In this document: positions 60,169 to 64,000 of the stretch, one piece after another | How the letters are laid out: the number at the start of each line of letters is the position of its first letter | How positions within the stretch are numbered: the stretch's first letter is position 1 | Source of the DNA: an uncultured delta proteobacterium | Lineage (GTDB): Bacteria > Myxococcota_A > Polyangia > Polyangiales > Polyangiaceae | NCBI GenBank assembly: GCA_963696385.1 | Contig: CAVOKF010000006.1 | Span: 320,001 to 384,000, forward strand | Direction of reading: 5' to 3' | DNA length: 64,000 nt | The notes under the pieces: model-generated | Told to the model about the DNA's origin: nothing | Seen by the model: only the letters and a program-made list of their open reading frames with translations | The model's database searches: none | Made by a program: the position numbers and the translations under genes

Positions 60169-61142
60169 GCCTGCCCGACTTCGGCCACCCTCGGTTGCCG
60201 AGAACGCGATCCGTCTTCGGCAGCGAATTTCGTGTCGGCCGCCGGGCGGCCTTGATTGCCGCCATGGGCCGCCGCGACCTGCACGAGACCCTCGTGGCCG
60301 CGTCGGCGAAAGTACTCCGTCTCGATGAAGGACTGGAACTCGCGAAAGCTGACGGACTGACTCGAAATCGAATTGAGATCGCACGTTTCGTTGAGCAGCG
60401 TCATCGCGCGAAGCATCGTGCTCGCGGCCGTAAACAGCGCGGGCGTCGAGTAAAGAACGATCTTGAAGCCCAGTTCGTGCAGCTCGCGCGACGTGAGGAT
60501 AGGCGTCTTGCCTCCGAAGATCAGATTGATGACCTTGTGACCCGGGACCTCGACGCCGACTCGCTTCAAGGCGTCGAGCGACGGCAGGCCGTCGATCAGA
60601 ACGACGTCCGCGCCCGCAGCGTGAAACTGCTTGGCCCGAAGGATCCCCTCGTCGATCGACATCGCGTCGGTTCGTGCGACCACGCACATCGGAGTCTGTC
60701 GCGCCTTGAGGGCGCAATCGAGTTTTCGCATGTACTGGTCGAGCGGAATGATTTGTTTGCCCCCGGCGTGCCCGCAGCGCTTGGGAAACACCTGGTCTTC
60801 CAAGATCATGGCCGCCGATCCCGCGCGCTCGAGCTCGTTGACCGTGCGCACGACGTTGTCTTCGTTGCCGTATCCGTTGTCGGCATCGACGACCAACGGA
60901 ATGTGCAGGGCGCCGGCGACGCTTCTCGTCACGGCTGCGGTCTCGACAAGGCTGGTCAGGCCGATGTCCGGAGCCCCGAGCAAGCTCGCGGCGATCCCGT
61001 AGCCGCTCATGAAAACGGCTTTGAATCCCGCCTTTTCGAGAATCATGGCGCTCAGAACGTCGTAACAGCCGGGGATCTCGATTCCTCCGGGACTTGCGAG
61101 CAAGGTCCGTAAATGTTCGGCCATTCCATTGGTTGATTGCAT
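60165..61142 (-). CDS. ICL/PEP mutase superfamily enzyme (KRCGH group), copy 2
   Basis: GGAGG RBS; long stretches identical to copy 1. Confidence 0.93.
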   Translation of the reverse strand: MQSTNGMAEHLRTLLASPGGIEIPGCYDVLSAMILEKAGFKAVFMSGYGIAASLLGAPDIGLTSLVETAAVTRSVAGALHIPLVVDADNGYGNEDNVVRTVNELERAGSAAMILEDQVFPKRCGHAGGKQIIPLDQYMRKLDCALKARQTPMCVVARTDAMSIDEGILRAKQFHAAGADVVLIDGLPSLDALKRVGVEVPGHKVINLIFGGKTPILTSRELHELGFKIVLYSTPALFTAASTMLRAMTLLNETCDLNSISSQSVSFREFQSFIETEYFRRRGHEGLVQVAAAHGGNQGRPAADTKFAAEDGSRSRQPRVAEVGQA

Positions 61143-61191
61143 GAAAAAATACCTCCAATTGTGTCGAGGCCCCCTCGTCGCCAGGCGACGG

Positions 61192-62718
61192 TCATTGAGC
61201 TTCGCAATATCCGAGATTGCACGCCGGCCGCGCCGGATCGGTGCAATCGCTCGCGCCCGTGCACGGCAAACACGCCGAAGAAGGAGCCCCGCTGACGGTC
61301 GCCTCGAAGTAGCAGCCGCACTCGAATGGCGGAGTGTAGACCGACAGCGGTCCGAGCTCGGCGCTCCGCTGAACCTGCATCGCGCACGACGGCACGAGGC
61401 TCGACGCGATGAACGCGGTGATGAGCTCTTGGGCGAGGTTCGGCACGGACACGACCGAAACGAACGCGGCGGCACCGGGCGAGATCGGAAGGCCGTTCGA
61501 TACCGCGGTGAAAAAATGCACCGGCCCCCAGATCGGATAGTGACCGTCGCGCACGTTCTGCTTGTCCTTTTGGAACGGCGTGGAATCGGGCAAGTACGCG
61601 CAGTCCTGTCCGTCGGCCATGAAGGCCAGGGCATTGAGGTTCGCGCGGTCGCTGTCGTAGTAGTCGGTCGAGATGATCCCGATGGCCTGGTTGGCGATCG
61701 TCGGATCCGAAATGATGCGAAGGTCGGAATCGACGTTTGCGGCGCTGCCCCGATCGATGCCCCAAAATTGACCCGCAGGAACCCCGATGGCTTTGCCGAT
61801 CATTTGTTGGGTGCCGGTTCCCTGGTTGCGAACGAAGTAGAGGGCGGGGTTGGTCCACGGCACGGTCGCGCCGGCGCCACCCATCCCGAAGACGGCCCGT
61901 GCGGCTTCGGCGCTGATGGCGTGCTGCTGCGACGCGCCCGGAACGACGAACGCCATCGCCTGAATCGGTCCGAGATACTCTTGGACGCCGTCGGGCGGCG
62001 TTCCGTAGCCGCTGCACGTGGATGCGAAGATGTCCGATTCACCCACGTCGACCGGGGCCCCGCTCGGCCCGAGCGTGCACGGCACCGCGGTACCGTCCGA
62101 TTGATAATAGGTCGCGTATTTGCCCGTGGTGTTCGGGGCCGGATCGGTAATCACGTGAGTGGACGGGTCGGACCCGAGCACCGAAGCGACCCCTGTGCAC
62201 GAGTTGGTGACTTGATATATGGGAGTGTATTGCGCGTTGAGGATGAGCGGTGCGAGCTTGGCCAAGAGCGGCGGGAAGTTGCTGGATCCCGTGAGGACCA
62301 CCACCGACGCACGCCCGTTGTTGGGGTCGATGCAACTGGGCAAGGCGGGGCCTGCGTCGCCGCCATCGCCGTTGTCGACCGCGGCCGCCGCACCGGCCTC
62401 GGCCGGCGGAGGAGCGACGAGCGCGGCGTCGGTGTCGGCCGCGTTACCGCACAACCCGGCCGCGCAGTTGTCGAATGACAGGCACTGCGCCGTGCTGCAC
62501 TGATTGAGAAAATCGGTCGGTTGCTGCGGCGTTCCGTAGAAGCAGTCGGCCGGTGACAGCCCGGACGGCACGCAGACGCCGGCTTGGCAATAGGGATGGG
62601 TTCCGAAACGCGCACAGTCCGAATCGACCTCGCACTGCGTCGCGCTCCTGTCGATGAGCGCGGTACAGGCCGCAGAGGCCGCAAAGATCGCGATCGTGAT
62701 CGTCACCTTCAAGTCCAT
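61192..62718 (-). CDS. Cys-rich lipoprotein with PstS-like domain, copy 2
   Basis: SAAC lipobox; TGSSNF, RNQGTGTQQMIGKAIGVP and DKQNVRDGHYPIWGP. Confidence 0.8.
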   Translation of the reverse strand: MDLKVTITIAIFAASAACTALIDRSATQCEVDSDCARFGTHPYCQAGVCVPSGLSPADCFYGTPQQPTDFLNQCSTAQCLSFDNCAAGLCGNAADTDAALVAPPPAEAGAAAAVDNGDGGDAGPALPSCIDPNNGRASVVVLTGSSNFPPLLAKLAPLILNAQYTPIYQVTNSCTGVASVLGSDPSTHVITDPAPNTTGKYATYYQSDGTAVPCTLGPSGAPVDVGESDIFASTCSGYGTPPDGVQEYLGPIQAMAFVVPGASQQHAISAEAARAVFGMGGAGATVPWTNPALYFVRNQGTGTQQMIGKAIGVPAGQFWGIDRGSAANVDSDLRIISDPTIANQAIGIISTDYYDSDRANLNALAFMADGQDCAYLPDSTPFQKDKQNVRDGHYPIWGPVHFFTAVSNGLPISPGAAAFVSVVSVPNLAQELITAFIASSLVPSCAMQVQRSAELGPLSVYTPPFECGCYFEATVSGAPSSACLPCTGASDCTDPARPACNLGYCEAQ

Positions 62719-63151
62719 CCCACGGCCCGGGCGCATGCGACGCATCATCTCGATGCCGGCTCCAACGCACGATACGGGCCATCCTGCCGATTGCCTTGCA
62801 GCGAGCGTCTTGCCTGCGAAAAAAGGGCAGCGTCGTCGTCGGAATCCCTTCGGCGTGGTGCGGTCACCGGGCATCATTGAGGACGAACAGCAGCGACGAG
62901 GTAGGGGGGACCCTCGGCGAGAAGCGGCTCGCCCGTGTGCCGCTGTCGGCGGCTCTGCTCGGTTGGGCCGGCACAGTGGCGACGTCCGAGCGCTGCGACG
63001 ATGCCCGCCACCCAGGCGGAAAGCGCACTGGCCGTCGGCGGCGTGGAGTCCGGCCCGCCGACCCGCGCGGGGGGGTTGCGACACTTGACGACGCTGCGGC
63101 GAAGGGGCAGGGTCGCGTCGTCTCTACGGACGGTGAACTCGGACCTGCGAC

Positions 63152-64000
63152 GTGACGACGTCCAACGAAAGAACGGCCAGGGATGTCAGCGCCCGCGTGC
63201 TCGCGCGCGTCGAGTCGCGCGTTGGCACGACCTTGGGCCAAAAGTGGCACCTGGACGCGCTGCTCGGTGTGGGGGCCACGGCGGCCGTCTATTCCGCAAC
63301 GCACGGCAATGGCAGCCGCGCGGCCATCAAGATCCTGCACGCCGAATGGTCGGGTCCGCCCTCGACTCGGGGTCGCTTTCTAAGGGAGGGCCAGGTCGCC
63401 AACCGCGTCGGTCACGATGGCGCCGTCCGCGTGGTGGACGACGACGTCACCGAAGACGGCGCGCTCGTTCTCGTGACCGAGCTTCTCGACGGCGAGACCC
63501 TCGAAGATCGCCGCGTACGCTTGGGCGGGCGCTTGCCGGTCGACGAAGTGCTGTTCTTCGCGGATCAGGTCCTCGATGTGCTCGCGGCGGCGCATGCCGA
63601 AGGCATCACGCATCGCGATCTCAAACCGAGCAACTTATTTCTCACGCGCAGCGGAGCCGTCAAGGTGTTCGACTTCGGCATCGCGCGGTTTCGCGAGCTC
63701 ATGTCGGCCAGTCAGGCGATGAACGTCGGGGGCCTGTCCGTTACGCCGCGGTTCATGCCGCCGGAGCAAGTGCGTGGACTCACCGACGAAATCGACGCGC
63801 GCAGCGATTTGTGGGCGTGCGGAGCGACGATGTTCGAGCTGCTCTTGGGCCGCTCCGTCCACGAGGGGGAAACCGCCTATCAGATGATGATGAGCGCTGC
63901 GACGACCTCCGCACCCCGGTTTGCGTCGGTGGCGCCGGAATCGCGCCCAAGCCTCGCCGCGCTGATTGACCGCGCGCTCGAGTTCGACAAGAGCAAGCGT
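63152..64000 (+). CDS. Ser/Thr protein kinase; partial, runs off the right edge
   Basis: Manual translation from GTG 63152: LGVGATAAVY, AIKIL, HRDLKPSN, DFG and FMPPEQ. Confidence 0.92.
   Translation, partial: MTTSNERTARDVSARVLARVESRVGTTLGQKWHLDALLGVGATAAVYSATHGNGSRAAIKILHAEWSGPPSTRGRFLREGQVANRVGHDGAVRVVDDDVTEDGALVLVTELLDGETLEDRRVRLGGRLPVDEVLFFADQVLDVLAAAHAEGITHRDLKPSNLFLTRSGAVKVFDFGIARFRELMSASQAMNVGGLSVTPRFMPPEQVRGLTDEIDARSDLWACGATMFELLLGRSVHEGETAYQMMMSAATTSAPRFASVAPESRPSLAALIDRALEFDKSKR

Overview
High-GC bacterial chromosomal segment. The gene repertoire (many Hanks-type Ser/Thr kinases, ECF sigma/FecR-TPR cassettes, PEGA proteins, Cys-rich lipoproteins with DAG/DGG linkers) points to Myxococcota, probably Polyangiales (inference). 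About 60 CDSs are supported. Main blocks: divergent kinase pair plus hybrid histidine kinase; a GGR-like reductase/SDR/Rieske oxygenase operon resembling bacterial sterol-tailoring enzymes; a decayed sigma54 activator and RelE-type TA module; two copies of an ICL-family lyase + Cys-rich PstS-like lipoprotein module; two paralogous Gln/Ala/Ser-rich proteins, each preceded by the same sigma28-like promoter; GH8, a clan GH-A hydrolase and a PL14-like lyase; PolX and a 5'-3' exonuclease; two paralogous ECF sigma-FecR/TPR-putative beta-barrel cassettes lacking a TonB-dependent receptor; an FHA-GGDEF cyclase; and a group 3b-type [NiFe]-hydrogenase operon with hypAFCDE but no hypB. Three +1 single-base frameshifts look like sequencing errors. 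Non-coding DNA holds two families of dispersed palindromic repeats, several tandem arrays (mostly in divergent promoter regions), and a kinase 5' remnant whose promoter now precedes a different operon. No rRNA, tRNA, CRISPR array or intact transposase was recognised. All family assignments come from reading motifs by eye; no database searches were run.
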